Part shown: one piece after another, positions 1-14,141 of the stretch
Numbering within the stretch: the first letter of the stretch is position 1
How the letters are laid out: every line of letters begins with the position of its first letter
Made by a program: the position numbers and the translations under genes
Notes under the pieces: generated by a model
The model's database searches: none
What the model saw: only the letters and a program-made list of their open reading frames with translations
Told to the model about the DNA's origin: nothing
Assembly: GCF_000150275.1 (NCBI RefSeq)
Contig: NW_002060954.1
Coordinates: 620,001-684,000 of the forward strand
Length of the DNA stretch: 64,000 bases
Direction of reading: 5' to 3'
Source: Trichoplax adhaerens
Taxonomy: Eukaryota > Animalia > Placozoa

Positions 1-1027
1 GGATGTAATGTTCAAAAGTGGGGGAGTTAATTATTAGAAAGTAGATGTTTTCATAAGATGAAAGTGAAAATTTCACGGAAAATAATTATTCTAGGACAAG
101 AATAAGAGACAAAAATATGTTGTGACTCACTCCATTGCCCTCACTAGGAGAATATATTATTTTTTTAAAAGATTCTATTACTAATTTGATCATAAATAAA
201 TAATCTATCAGGAATGAATTTGTAGGGTAACAATTCCTAGAAATCCAACGAAAGCGGTTATTATGTAATCAATTGCATAAATAAAACCGAGCTTCAAGAG
301 ACATTAATCTATAAGGAAGGTAACAATAATCAAGATTGTCAATGATACTAGAATAAAAGGACAATATTTATTGCTGATTAGTTTTGAATAATACTCTGTT
401 TTTCTTTAATAGAAAATATAGTATTAGATCCCGGTTCCACTGTTTCTCACAACATATAACTTTGGAGCAGTAAACATCAATAAAAACTTTTGTACGCTAT
501 GAAGGAATAAAAATTAGTAGATAGCTCAATATCTGGCGTAACGTACGATATACTTGAGGGATAAATAACGATTGCTTGTCTAATAATAATTATATAATGA
601 CCCTAAAGATACTATCGTCAATTTTCATAATACTGTATATAGTTCGCAAAATTTTATTCATTTACCTTGATATGTTTATACTATACAATAGGTATTTGTT
701 TAAGAATAAGTAATAAATATTTGATGCGAATAAATCATCTGAAACTGATTGTAGTATTGAAATGTAGACAAAAATACATGTATTTTTAGGCAACAAAATC
801 ATTTTCAAAGCAACTTTATAAAGTATTATTTCAAAGCTATATATAGATTATTTTTTTCAATAATTGGCGTTGAATCTGTAAGAACAGCTTTGAGAGATTT
901 GCATAATTACTGAACATGACGGTAATTGAGTGATCAATTTCAATGATTGACGTGATCTATAATCATCATAATTATTTTATCCCCATACTAAAGCATTATT
1001 AAAGGTATCTTTTGGTCTTCTTTGTTC

Positions 1028-2975
1028 GGTACTGTACTGTATGTGCAGTACGTACCGATGTTACACCCTTTTATTATTATTATTTATTTATAGGTACTGT
1101 ACTGAAATGTACCGGCATCGGCATGGCGGAGAGACTGTACTGTAAGATTGATATAAGGATTGAACAAAAAGAATTTTATTTATTATTAATCCAGCTGATT
1201 ACTGTGTGATTCGATACAGCCACAAAATTAGAATAACTTTTTTTTAATATGCAGTATATATTAAGTTAAGTTAAATGAAATAGTGATAACACAATCAACG
1301 CCAATACAGTACTTTCATCTTACGTGTACAGTAATAAGATGTGAAATACTGTACAGTACAGTATTTGCACCTGAGCATGCAAAGTGTACAGTACTGTACG
1401 TACAGTACAGTAAAGTACAGTATACTGTAGTGAAAGAGAGAGTCAGAGATGGAGGCTGAATGTACAGTACTGTACTGTAGTGTAGATTAGATTTGATGAA
1501 TATTCAGCTACACGGATCGTTTTTAGCAACTGAAATTAATTAATAAGAATTAGGTATGATATCCTAGATAGAGAGTTTTCCCGATACGTTCAGCATGCAG
1601 CCCACCAATAACAGGAAAATACTTGTATTTTAGTATTTTATTCCTTTCTATTCACAATTGCACCATAAAACTTAGAAAAATAATCCGTAAATTTGTTTAT
1701 GAGCAGTGCCAAAAATAGTACTGTACTGTACTGTACAGTACACTACACTGTATAGTACAGCGTACAGTACAACAGATTAAAATTTGCAGTATTATACCAA
1801 CAAAACATTGATTGCGAATGCTACAGTACAGACTACAGTAGTACAGTAGATTGTTAAATAAATGAACGTTAATTATTGCCAACAAATCACTGTCCATTAT
1901 TACGTAACCAGGACTGCGTCATCTCGGCGCCGTATCTAGTAATCCGGTAATCATTCCCGTAAGTGTTTTAAAATGATACGACGCATCGTACAAAAACTTG
2001 TTGTTCATATATTATGTCTTATCTAAGGAACAAACAACAACCCACCTTGAACAGTATTACCGACGCCCACTTCATTTTATCTATTTGCAATTAACATCGA
2101 AAAAGTACCGCCTGCTTTTGTTCACCAACTATTTACGCGTATGACTACAACGTTGAATAACAATTGCTACCTTGTTTTTTATGTAACATCATCACCAATA
2201 AAAACAGAAGAATAGGAACATCTAGTGAAACATACAGAATACAAACAAAAATATAAAGAAGGGGAAGGTTGTTATCTTATTTTTTCTCGCTAATTTGTAA
2301 ATTCATAATCTCATCTTTAGTGTTGATTCCACTTACATACAGTACAGTTATGTTATGATATTACTATGTACTCATCTAATACAGTAATTTATTACCATGA
2401 CTGTACACAGTACTGTACAATACTGTACTGTACTGTACCGTACAGTGCAGTAGTAACACAGCACATTGTACTGTACTGTACAGTACAGCAGAATGACCTT
2501 TCACTGTACTGTACTGTACACTGTACAGTACCGTATTGTGTCAAAGACTTTTCATTTGTCAACATCAAGTCGTGAACATGACTCCTCTATCTTGATGAAA
2601 AAGTACTATTGTATACTGTACAGTACAGTACAGTGCAGTACAGTGTACAGTATGTATGCTGTATTACAGTAATGAGATTGTTCATGTTCTTTATTTGCTT
2701 GAGTGCAATTTTTATGGTTACTCTGCGTATTTATTTACTTAAACCTGATTACTGTATAAAAAGAGAGATAATAGTATATGACGAGAATTAACTAAAAGAA
2801 TAACGCAAGTTTAAAAATAAACTTTAGAAAAGCAAAAAATACTTTATGCTTATTTTTTGTATAATTAATTTGTCATACAGACGGTTTAGATTGGCTTTCG
2901 ATCGAATACTTGTAATTTCTTCTAGTCAACATCTACAGTATGCTGTGCAGCACACTGTACAGTACTGTACATTAT
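1028..2975. repeat. Clusters of TACAG/CTGTA pentamers and ACAGTACTGT palindromes upstream of Tbx2/3
   Basis: Dense runs at ~1030-1480, 1715-1850, 2335-2670 and 2930-2975. They generate the spurious CTVQYS-type ORFs. Confidence 0.85.
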
Positions 2976-3736
2976 TATAAAACTGTCGCCGTAAAATAAA
3001 ATAATACTGTAAAGTGTAGATTTAGTTATTTCTTTCAATTTCCCTCCTCCCAGATTCTTAATCTTGACATCCTACTTTTATCACCTCTTTCGTCGCAAAC
3101 GTATTCATTTCACCCTAATATATCTACTTTAGTTTGCACCTTCACCTGATTTTCGGGTTAGCTAAAAATTCAGTCTCTTCATTAAAATATACGCGTAAAT
3201 TAAAAGATGGTCCAATGTAACATAAATCATATTACCGGTATTATTTTAAATCACCATGAATCTCCATATTGTCCATTCAGTGCCAGGAAGAGTAAGAAGC
3301 AATGGATGAAGTGATGATTGATGAATGACGACTGATGACTAGATGACTAGTGATGAGTGACGACGATAATTGACAACATTGTCAAATAACATAATACAGA
3401 ATCGCACAATGACGTACTGTTCTGTACCTTTGTAATTCCGAAGCATAATGTATAACAACAATATCACTGTATACAATTTCTATACAAAGCTATTTGAATG
3501 CGAATTGTAGAAAGAGACGATACTAACGAATTAAAAATGAAGAAAAACAATAGAAACATACTGCAAAAACATCGATGAGTCTATTTTTCTTTTTCTTCTC
3601 TTGGCCTATCATTCTTCTTTTTGTTCTGAATGACAGCTACATACAGTATTAGTAAATAACTTTACATGTCATCTAATTCAGAAGATATGTACGGTTGATT
3701 GGTTCCTATTTATTGTTTACAGTAGTATAAAGCGAG

Positions 3737-4248
3737 AAGTGTCGAGGGCATTACAAAGCGATGACACCTCATCAATAGCAAAATATGTTAAGAGCTATTA
3801 CTTTACACCCCATATGTCACCATTATTATCGTTTAACTGGCTAGTTGCTGAGAATAACTATCAATAGAAACGGCATTAGGAACCTCCTCAATTTTTCATT
3901 AATACTTAAAATTGTTTGTACGGTACAACTGACGCTATATTACAGTTGGCCGGTGACCGAGTTTTGCTCACTTCCACATCATACAGTACTAAAAGGATCA
4001 CTGAACTGAAAGCTAACAACTGAAGGGAAAATTTATCGTGTACAATACGCTGTTTTTTTTTACAAGTACCAGGTATAAATTCAAAGGTGCATAATTTTAG
4101 ACGACAGAAAGAAACTACCTACAAAGACGACGAAAATTAAACATTTCGCGTTCACGGCCTTTCCAATCTGTGGCTGAAAAAAGGTAATGTTAAAAGCTGA
4201 ACACTACGGTATCACCTTTTTCAAAATGGCAGTGTTATTAGGGTGTTA
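3737..4248. promoter_or_regulatory. T-box half-site-like motifs in the Tbx2/3 upstream region
   Basis: AAGTGTCG ~3737, TGACACCT 3762-3769, TTACACCC ~3803, CAGTGTTA ~4230, GGGTGTTA 4241-4248. Confidence 0.4.
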
Positions 4249-4719
4249 ACTTTACTGCCATTCTCAAGTACTAAAATTGTCGAAAAAGGCTCATAGGCTA
4301 ACCTTAAATGGATATGTACTGGATAACGCTACATAGTGTAATAATTAGTTGATAAATTCACCTTATACGGTATTTTTAAAATGTTTAGAACGTCAATTTA
4401 GTACTCGTATAACTCAATTCGTTAACATTTTTCACTACATAAATTTATCAACAGATAAAGAAGGCTTTTTACCCGTATCCTCTATCCGCAACAGACATAA
4501 TTGTCAAAGAAAACGGCATCAGACCACCGCTAGTTGAGATCTAACTACTAGATCTCACATACGTATAATTAACCTGAGAACCTAATATTCACAACTCTTC
4601 TGACGGATTCGAAAAAATTTTTCAGTGAATTCTACAATAATTCTCTTAGCTGATCATTATCCATTTGGATTCTTTATATCTTGCTGATTTCACATTTACA
4701 GTACTCACGTTGATCAAGT

Positions 4720-7700
4720 ATGCTGCCGTCTTACACTACACCGCCGAACTTACAAACTTTCCAGTATCACCCATTTGCTACTGGCGCTAACTCTAACATG
4801 AGAGATTTCTCGGTTAATGCTCTATTAGCACATCCACCATATATTACAGCCCCTCAACCCGCTCCGAGTTCCTACCCAAATTACGCAAATCCAACGGCTT
4901 CGGGCGCTTTTCATAACGCGCTGCCATATTATAGCAATTATCCAATCGGTTACAATCAATATAAAGGATACGTGATGCCATCTTCACAGGCTGGACCATC
5001 ACCATACTCCATTCCTTTCCCGACGTATTTGCCACCACCACCTTCAACAATTAATTGCGACGCTAAATCGAAAGGAAACGAAGATATCAAAGTAACGCTT
5101 GAAAACAAAGATTTATGGGACAAGTTTCATAACTTGGGTACTGAAATGGTCATAACGAGATCGGGAAGGTAAGAAGAAGTATAATAGACTAAAGTCCGTA
5201 GAAATTATTCGGACAATATGGATTGTAATATATTCGTACCGTATAGTACATGATTAAGGCACAGTACTGTATAGTATGTAGCGGGAAGGCTGATTTATGC
5301 CTATTGAGACGGTAGATACGATATACGCGTATGAACGGCAGTGCACACTCATTAAAAAATCTTTATTCATTCTGTACAGTACAGTATTCTCTACTTGCTC
5401 CTGCCTTTTCAGATAATTATAAGTGATTACTTTTTCGAAATTGGTATCCTGGAAAATTTGCGTGTATTTTAGGTTTACACCTAACAAAAAGTTACTTCTT
5501 ATTTATCACGCTACTTCACTTAAGGTGTAGCGTAACCTTAATTTCAATATTCAAATACCCACTCGTTCGAGGATAAAAGGCAAAACTGTCATTAATGTTT
5601 ATGTTACAGCATTTTAAGATAAGATATTTTTCTAGGATGAACTTGAGTGTGTTATGGTAATTATTTATAACTATTATACTGTAGACTACAGAATGACTAC
5701 AGTATCTGTGCTACGGTACAGTATAGGCAGTCAAAATGCCACTATAATGTAGTTAGCGTTAGATTGAAATCTAGAGGTTTAACTACAGTACTGTACCCTG
5801 AAGTTTATACCTGTAATTTTACTAAATGATACTGTACACAGTACTGTACTTAATCTACTGTACATACGAGTACAGTGCGATATGTTTATCGATTTTAGTT
5901 TGACACAGTAATAACCAGTATTTCCCGGATAAGAACGTACAATTTTAAGTAGTATTTATTGGCTATAGTCGGTACTGTAGTATCAATATACGAAATACTG
6001 TACTATTGCAATCTCAGAATTTAGATCTGATTTCCCAAATTTTTATCTAATCTACTGCTTAATTAAAATGAAATGAACGCACGAAATGTGTACTTCTAAT
6101 CTGACCGGATCAATAACTACAGTATGATCAAATACTGTACATCGTGAGTACTGTACCTTATTAAGCCACAGCGATTCACCTGAGAAAACTAATACGGTAT
6201 ATAAATTTACTACAGTATTTGAATCACACACATTTTACAGTTTCAAACTACTGTACAACAGACCACTAATATTCAGATCTGATTTCATCGTTATTTTCTT
6301 TCTACTGTTTGTACTGTACAGTATATGCAGTATCCTAAAATATATTTTATATACATCTTTTATCGTTTTAGTGATTGTGGCAATAAATTTTTATCTAATC
6401 CTTTTTTGTTATTATGTTAGAGAAGTAGCCTACGGTTGTTATTTCGACTCAAATTAATAATCTTGCCTGACTCGACACATAGTCGCTTTCCAGTCATTTT
6501 CTTAGTAGGGTGTCCTTTGAAAAGTCGATAGAACAAACAAAGTTGTTGTGTTATAATCCTATTGTGTCAAAATGATTTCATCATACCTTCTTCAATATGT
6601 TGTTTATTGACCAATAATAATAACAAGCAATATTACAAGCAGTGGCGTCAGCACAATGAAATTCCTGAATGAATCATTCACAACGAAATAACGACAATAT
6701 TATTGTAATTATTATTAGCTCTGCCGTCGTTGCATTATCTTCATTTTCCAAGCGACCAGTAAATTACCGTATACTATACAGTATGCCAAGTACAGTACTG
6801 TACAGTACAGTATGTATAGTAAGGTATCTTGCAGCTGACCTTAATGCTAAGGTTACAGTGACCGCTGGCTGTACTGTACAAAGGTCGTGAAAAAAGTTAC
6901 TACAATTAGCCCTGTACGTACTTACCATATAGATCAAACTGACTAAATTATTAAGATTTCGTGACCGATTTATGGTACTTACAGCTTATAGAGCTAGCCG
7001 CGAGTACTCAGTCATTTGATTCCTTCTCACTTGCTAAAATAGCACAGTACTGTGTTGTGAGCTAAATTGAGTTAAAATTGCACATAAGGATAATAAGTAG
7101 ATATTTTTATTGTTTCTCCAGATGTCAATCTTATTTATTGCCTTATGAGTTGTGAAACAGCATTTTTATTTGAAGCTGTTTCCTATTTACTTCTTTTTTG
7201 TTCGCATACATGTTTTGTCACAGCCATTACCATTCATTGATTTTGTTGTTGTTAAGGATGACGACAATACAAAACACCGAAATTATTGTCATTGGTAATG
7301 TCTGTCTACAATTTTATATACAATGGTGAATAATTTATTACCATTTGATTGACAAGCGGAACTTTGACGCATTAATGGCGTACATAGTTTATTACTTTAT
7401 TAATACCAAACAGTGAATCACTATTCAGATTAAGATCATCAGTAGATCGTAAATAAGCTTACCATTCGGTACAGTGCACTATGCAATATTAATAGTGCTT
7501 GTACTACGGTGTAGTGGACGATAAAATACGCGGACAGTTACAGTGCTGTATGCTACAGTATTGCACAAAGACTTACCCTGCCGTACGATGCTGCAGCGAA
7601 GCCAACTTTTTATTGCTGCAATGACTGTACAGTAATGTATCATCGTTTAAGCTATTTACGCTGAGTATCTGAGTAATCGGGGTTATTATGGCTGGGCCTA

Positions 7701-9309
7701 CTGTACAGTACAGTACTTGTACAGTATTATATTCAGCAGTAAAATGCCAAAAATGTGAATTAAAATACTGTAATGTGTTACTGCAGCAAGATTGCTTTAA
7801 TACAGTACTGTACTTTACATAATCGGAAACTATGCTGTAACGTCATGTTTTGGCCTGACCGTGCAGTACTGTATAGTACAGTACATTTAAACGTCGTAAG
7901 AGTCAAATATTAAATTTAAGAGTTAATTAAGAATTTTTTCAATGGCAGTACGATCTTCCATGCTTAGAGTAAACATTACGTTTAAAAAATTTATTTATAA
8001 AAATGCAATTTAATCAATACTAAATACGTACGAAGTCGATCATTTCTTACCGTAAATGTTATTTACAGGCGAATGTTTCCAGTAATAAAGGTCAACGTTA
8101 CCGGACTAGACAGCCGAGAAAAGTATATCATGATGATGGATATTGTTCCGGCTGATGACTACAGATACAAATTTCATAATTGTGCCTGGACGGTTGGAGG
8201 AAAAGCAGATACAGAAATTGTCCCAAGGATGTACATTCACCCAGACTCACCATCTACAGGTTATCAGTGGATGCAGAAACCGATTTCTTTTCATAAGATT
8301 AAACTAACGAACAATGCGGACGACAAGCATGGATATGTACGTTTGCAATTCTTAGATCTACTTATTAACTAATTAACTATTTTTATAGCTTTTATAGTAG
8401 TTCCTAGATATCGTATGATGTCCTATACAGCGATATCGAACTCAGTTGCCTTTCATTTACTTTTTCAGACTATCCTTAACTCCATGCATAAATACCAACC
8501 GAGGATTCATATTATTCATGCCAACGATTTGTTTCAGTACCCTCATAACACCATGAAAACGTTTGTCTTCAAAGAAACTGAATTCATTGCAGTAACAGCC
8601 TACCAAAATGAGAAGGTACTATAAACTGCCCTTACGAATACACTATATACATATGTTTCGCTTATTTGCGATTTTCTTTGATCTAATCATCGCTTGTGGT
8701 AGTAAATGATGATTGTTTTCCGTATTTACCCTTCTCACTATAATTAGATAACCCATTTAAAAATCTACAACAACCCCTTCGCCAAGGGTTTCCGAGATTC
8801 GGGAACCACAGGTTCTAAAACTTCTGATCATAACCATACAAGGTTGGCACTCGTCTTTATCGCTGTACTACTATACGTACTGTATATCATATAAACGATA
8901 ACTTATGCGTGTTAACATATCCTTTCATAGCAGAATAGATTTTTAATATATCTTTTCTACTTTAGGAAAGATGAAGAAGAGGGTAGTGATGAAGACAACT
9001 TAATTGAATCTAGTACCTGCAAAGAAAGCTCGCTTGAAAATGTATCGTATAAAGGTAATGCATATTTCCTTTATTCTGATATGATGTTGAGATATTAATG
9101 TACTAATTTTTGTCAATGCCTCAAAAAATTTAGATGATGCTTGTGACGTTACGACATGTGCAGAAGTAACTAAAGGTGAAACAAACTCTGCAAGAATAAA
9201 AATTAGTAAAGAATACCAAGATGATCCAAAATCTATCAAAAGCGTCAAGAGAGAGCTAGTAGAAAAGCCGAGTAACCATAGGCACGAAAGAAAGTATCAC
9301 CCGTATTGA
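4720..9309 (+). CDS. Tbx2/3: T-box transcription factor, Tbx2/3 (omb) class; ~407 aa, 6 coding exons
   Basis: Exons 4720-5168, 8069-8336, 8469-8615, 8748-8842, 8966-9054, 9134-9309. All introns are GT-AG and the total of 1224 nt is in frame. Complete T-box ([30 protein letters not shown] ... [17 protein letters not shown] ... [17 protein letters not shown]). N-terminal YHPF plus DFSVNALL resembles the Tbx2/3 N-terminal signature. The protein ends RKYHPY*. Confidence 0.93.
5260..7890. repeat. Dispersed TACAG/ACAGTACTGT motifs throughout the 2.9-kb first intron of Tbx2/3
   Basis: Examples at 5261, 5373, 5785, 5830-5850, 6311, 6775-6812, 7699-7725, 7801 and 7864. Confidence 0.75.
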
Positions 9310-10476
9310 AAACGACGTCAATTTAGTAGATATTAAATTTACTTGTCGCCACTCACGCCTCTTCGTGGTAAATGATGTAGAGAAACTGGAAGGATAATAC
9401 TATTACTGCCATAGTAATCCAATAGCACTGTAATGTAAGTTAAAATCGAGAAAATTCCGTACTCAAGAAAGTAGTTCAAATTTTGGTTACATTAACTGGT
9501 TCACACTCGTGTCGTTGGTGTATAGTATAGTAGTGACGTTTTCACTATAGCTTTCAACGTCCTTATGGAGCGGCCACTGTTAAAATTAAGTAACTACTAT
9601 GTGACTTTCGATCGATAATGTATAATAGAAATGTATAGTAGCATTTAAAGTACAATTTTCAATCATTCGGAAAGATCGCTTCTGTCACCTTATACTATTT
9701 TGCAGTACAAGGCGCAGTATCAATCGCCCTTTATACAGTCTACTTATTTTTAATTTAAGCAACTTACGCCTAAATTAGCTATTGTAATTCATCTTTAGAA
9801 GTTGCGTTACATGCAATTATTTCGATTATATACATCTTTCATGTTGCTTTACTAGTAACGATTGATCTCATAGACGTTTAATATTTTGTGTACTGTTCTC
9901 GACCTCATTTCATTTGCTTCGACTGTAATGCAAAAACTACGTTCGCAGATTATGACAACTAGTAAGGCTCTATCGGTAATATTTCAATACTGAAACAGCA
10001 GTGATATCGTAGAAGTGATAAAATGAAGTTATGAACTATACTTGCTGTCCATCGGTTTTGCTATACTGTACTGTTGTATCCTTTATTACAATGGCTGCTG
10101 CAATTATGTAAAACATTCTCTAGACTGTGCTCTTTGCAGTAATGAATGAATCGTATAATGTAAGAATTACAAAAATTGAAGGTGTGTAATTATATGGCAC
10201 TGTATGTGCTACGTAGATCCTGTTAATTAAACACATTTTCTACATAATGGTACCTGTTATAGAAATTACCGCATGACTATAATTATTGTTTTACTTGAAA
10301 TTAATGACTATGTTGTACCATTATGTTGTATCAATATGTACAAGCAGAATTATAATATGATATAATACGTATCTGTACATGTATGTCTATTTACGGTAAA
10401 AATATATATATATGCGTATATTATGTCTATATGTACATTATGCAGTGTATGCGTACTGTATATACACGTATATACT

Positions 10477-10482
10477 AATAAA
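10477..10482 (+). other. Candidate polyadenylation signal of Tbx2/3 (would give a ~1.2-kb 3'UTR)
   Basis: First AATAAA I could find downstream of the stop at 9309. It is preceded by TGTA-rich sequence. Confidence 0.35.
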
Positions 10483-12143
10483 ACATATTGAGGCAAATAG
10501 CTGTGTTAACAATAATAGTAATTAATTAATTAAAGCAGAGCTTCAGACGGATATAGTGCATAATAGAAATCATTATGATCCTGCAACATTCGTGATGGTG
10601 TAATGGCATATTATACAAATAACGTGGTAGATTAAGCAATACAGTGTCCCTATGAACGTGTTCTAATTGAAGAAACTTTTGTGACGTTGTACCGGCTTTG
10701 TAATATTCTAACCGCGGGAATTCGTGCTCTTACGAACTCGTATATCGTATTTCAATGTTCTCAACGATAAATTACGTGTACACTACCAGTAGTGGGATTG
10801 TTCCCGTAGGTAATACTGTAAAGTATTTATTTAATGTTAGTTCGTTTCTTGAACCCTGTAATGAGCACGCAAATTATGAACAACATAATATCTATATGTA
10901 ATATACGTACAGCAACTAAAGAGTACATGTAGATGCAGAGTGATAATAAGTGTATAAAACACATTTGATTCTAGTATGCTTAACAGACTTTAAAAAGTAG
11001 ATATAGTACTAGTACCAGAGGATAAGAACTGTAAAGTATATTAGAATTGTACTTATAATGATTACTGCGATAATAATATAGATTCAAAAATTGATTTACC
11101 TGCATAACCAAAGTGAATATTTTAAAGACGAAAAGGCACGTAAATTATTATTTATCATTATATATTATTGGCACATTTAGAAGTCGGCATAATTTTCGTT
11201 TATCATAGCTACATTATAACGTTTATGTTATACTAATAGAAAATTACTCTTTTCTGTAATAAATCAGAAAAGTTTTAATTTCAATATGCTAGAATATTTA
11301 TCATTAAATTAATTCTTTAACGAATTATTTATACCATTTTATACTAAAAAATTATTTGAAAAATTATGAGTATGCGATGAAATAAAAATGTAAATAACTG
11401 TTTTATTTCGAATCCTATTACCTGTATATTAATAAAGAGGCGTTTCACCAATAAATTTACATGATAAAGTAGATCATACCTAATGTTCATCTTATCCAAC
11501 TTACGTATTAAACTGTAGCTTATGGTAAACTAAAGTTCGTAGGGTAAGGGCATTTACCATTTCGCTCAACGCTCTCAATCATAACGATGACTTTTACTTT
11601 AATACTCCTTTATTATTAGAATAAAATATAATCTGTTGCTAATAATAGTTGTATCACCAGAGTTAGTTATCAGTATACTCTAAATTATTGTGAGGAGATA
11701 CCATATTAGCAAGGAATTTCACAAAGCTTTAGTAGATAAGTTATGGTAAATGCATTTTTACGTTTCATTTGTTCTCAATAGAGAATATTGCCCTTTCACC
11801 CCTATGAAATAATATGTCTGCATACGTGCTCAGCTGTTCACTAAATTGATGATATTTAATATGGAGTAATTTACATAGCAATTATTGCGAAAGATTTCTA
11901 AAATTAAACTATTACTACTTATCCAGCATTTATCATTGCTGCGATTTTTGTCTTCACTAGTCACTACATAGTAAGAAGATCAGGGAACGTTTTTGGGCTG
12001 CTGTAATTCAATCAGTTGTATGTACAATGCAGTATATGCGCTTACTACCTAGAGATAATTGGTCGTAGTTCGCTTAATGGCACTGTAGCCAGACACTTCT
12101 GTGGAACGAAAAAAACCATGTTTCAGCTGGTGAATAATACCAG

Positions 12144-12349
12144 AGGTGTTAATATCCACATACGTAATTTACATCTTACAGCTTATTGGCTACAAGACTT
12201 TCTTACAATACAGACAACATGTACTATAACACCTTACCGTTGTAATGGCACGGATGATTTTTAATTAAGACTTTGCCCTGTCAAAAAATTCGGATACAAA
12301 CTATTAGACATTTGGCGAAGTGTGATCAGTCGGATCGTGTCTAACACCA
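12144..12349. promoter_or_regulatory. Cluster of T-box half-sites upstream of Tbx4/5
   Basis: AGGTGTTA 12144-12151, TAACACCT 12227-12234, AAGTGTGA 12318-12325, TAACACCA 12342-12349 (T-half-site consensus AGGTGTNA). Confidence 0.5.
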
Positions 12350-14141
12350 TCGAAGAAAACGCCGTCGAAGTGGTAAGCAAAATTCGGTCGTAGGGATTGA
12401 AATTAGATTACGTGCAGCGCAGAGAATTAATAAATGAAAGCAAAGAAATTGTAGTGGTGACAAAAAAATTCAACCTAAGTTACAAATATACAATTGTGAC
12501 AATATTAATAGCAAAGCATCAATGAAAACGCAGTAATCATAGTTGAGCGATAATTACTTGATTGTATGCGAATGTCGTCAAAAATTTAACCAATTGTCTA
12601 ATAGATAGATCACCGAGAACGATTTATAATAATTATTTGAACTGGACCTTCAACCTGTTATATAATATATTCTATGAATTGTCTTGGATGAACATAAACG
12701 CATATTATTGTTACATTACATCATACACAGTTAAGTTAAAGATAGATTAAAATTTTATACAGTATTCCATTGATATCTTCACTCCTGTCCGATAGCATAA
12801 ATTGTAATACCATATAGCAATCGCCTAAGATTATATTATATTCGCGTGCTAAATTAAGGTATACTATAGTTTCTGATATTGCTGTATGTTTTTAGACTGT
12901 TCCATAGTTAAGAGCTAAAGGTAAAAGAGTAATCAAAATATTAGTGTATGGGTTTACTGTGAACATATTGCCAAAGGTAGCGCTGCAGTCATTTCAGAAA
13001 TTGGAACCGGAAAAAATTATTAACGATCGGATAATTATAATATGACTAGAAAGCTGTTTTACTCTTTTCGACAGTTGGGATATAGATAGATCCGATGTTT
13101 GTACTGTATATGGGATGAGGCATTACTGAATTAATGAAATGACGACATACTCGTACATTCTCCAATTCTAGATTAACTTCGTATATTAATTATATACCAA
13201 TATCAGTAAAGCTAAATCTAATCTCAATGACCATTTACGCCTTGATGCCATCAAATTATAGCTAATGTACAATATTATACTTGTCTTGTTAAGCCGCTGC
13301 TTTACTTTCCAGTATATGTTATGGTTGTTTGACTGCTATACCAATCATGATACAATATGTGCTATATCAAATTCTCGAAACGGTATTAATTCGACGCTAT
13401 GCTGTACTTTGTGTTCCTGTAATTTTCTTTTAGCTTATAGTAAAACTATCTATAGTAATGTCAATCCTACAGCAATCCCATAGTATAACATAAATGTACG
13501 TGTAAGCATCTATGGAGCAACAACATATTCTCACTTGAATAACTTTATAAAATTACTTAATCTACTAATATCATGGTATGATAATAACTATTTGATATCA
13601 TCAACTTACACTAGTTTTATACGATGTTTTACGTTTGTAACTAAAGTAAAACCAGTATCATTCTATTGTTATAATAGCCCATCATTTATGAAATTATTAC
13701 TTTAATTTAAAGTCAAAATACCAATTTTAGTTGTTTCGACTGTAAATATATGGCACAGTAATATTTTGCACGACATTCTAAGCAAATTGAAGCAAACAAA
13801 ATTATTACAGTATATTTTTAATTATAGTGTGATAATAAATGATGCAGTGACGTAATGAAAGGCAACATGTGAATGATGTCATTCAAACAAATGTCTGCTA
13901 GTCTGTTTCTATCGATAAGATACTAGCTGGGCCCTCATATTAAAATTATTGTTGTTCGAAGCGACGCTCCGCTTTTCGCGTACGGTAGTCATGATGTATC
14001 AGAGTACATTGCTGAACATATTGTGCCGTTTCACTTATCAATTTTCGATTTCATATTACTGTTTTTCTCTACGATCTTCGATTTTGCCTGTTTCTCAGTT
14101 TTTCTTTCGACATTTAATGCATTATTTAACTGAAACAGGTC

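Noticed and set aside
1012-2791. Short ORFs rich in CTV/YST/VQY
   Set aside because: These are translations of TACAG pentamer repeats.
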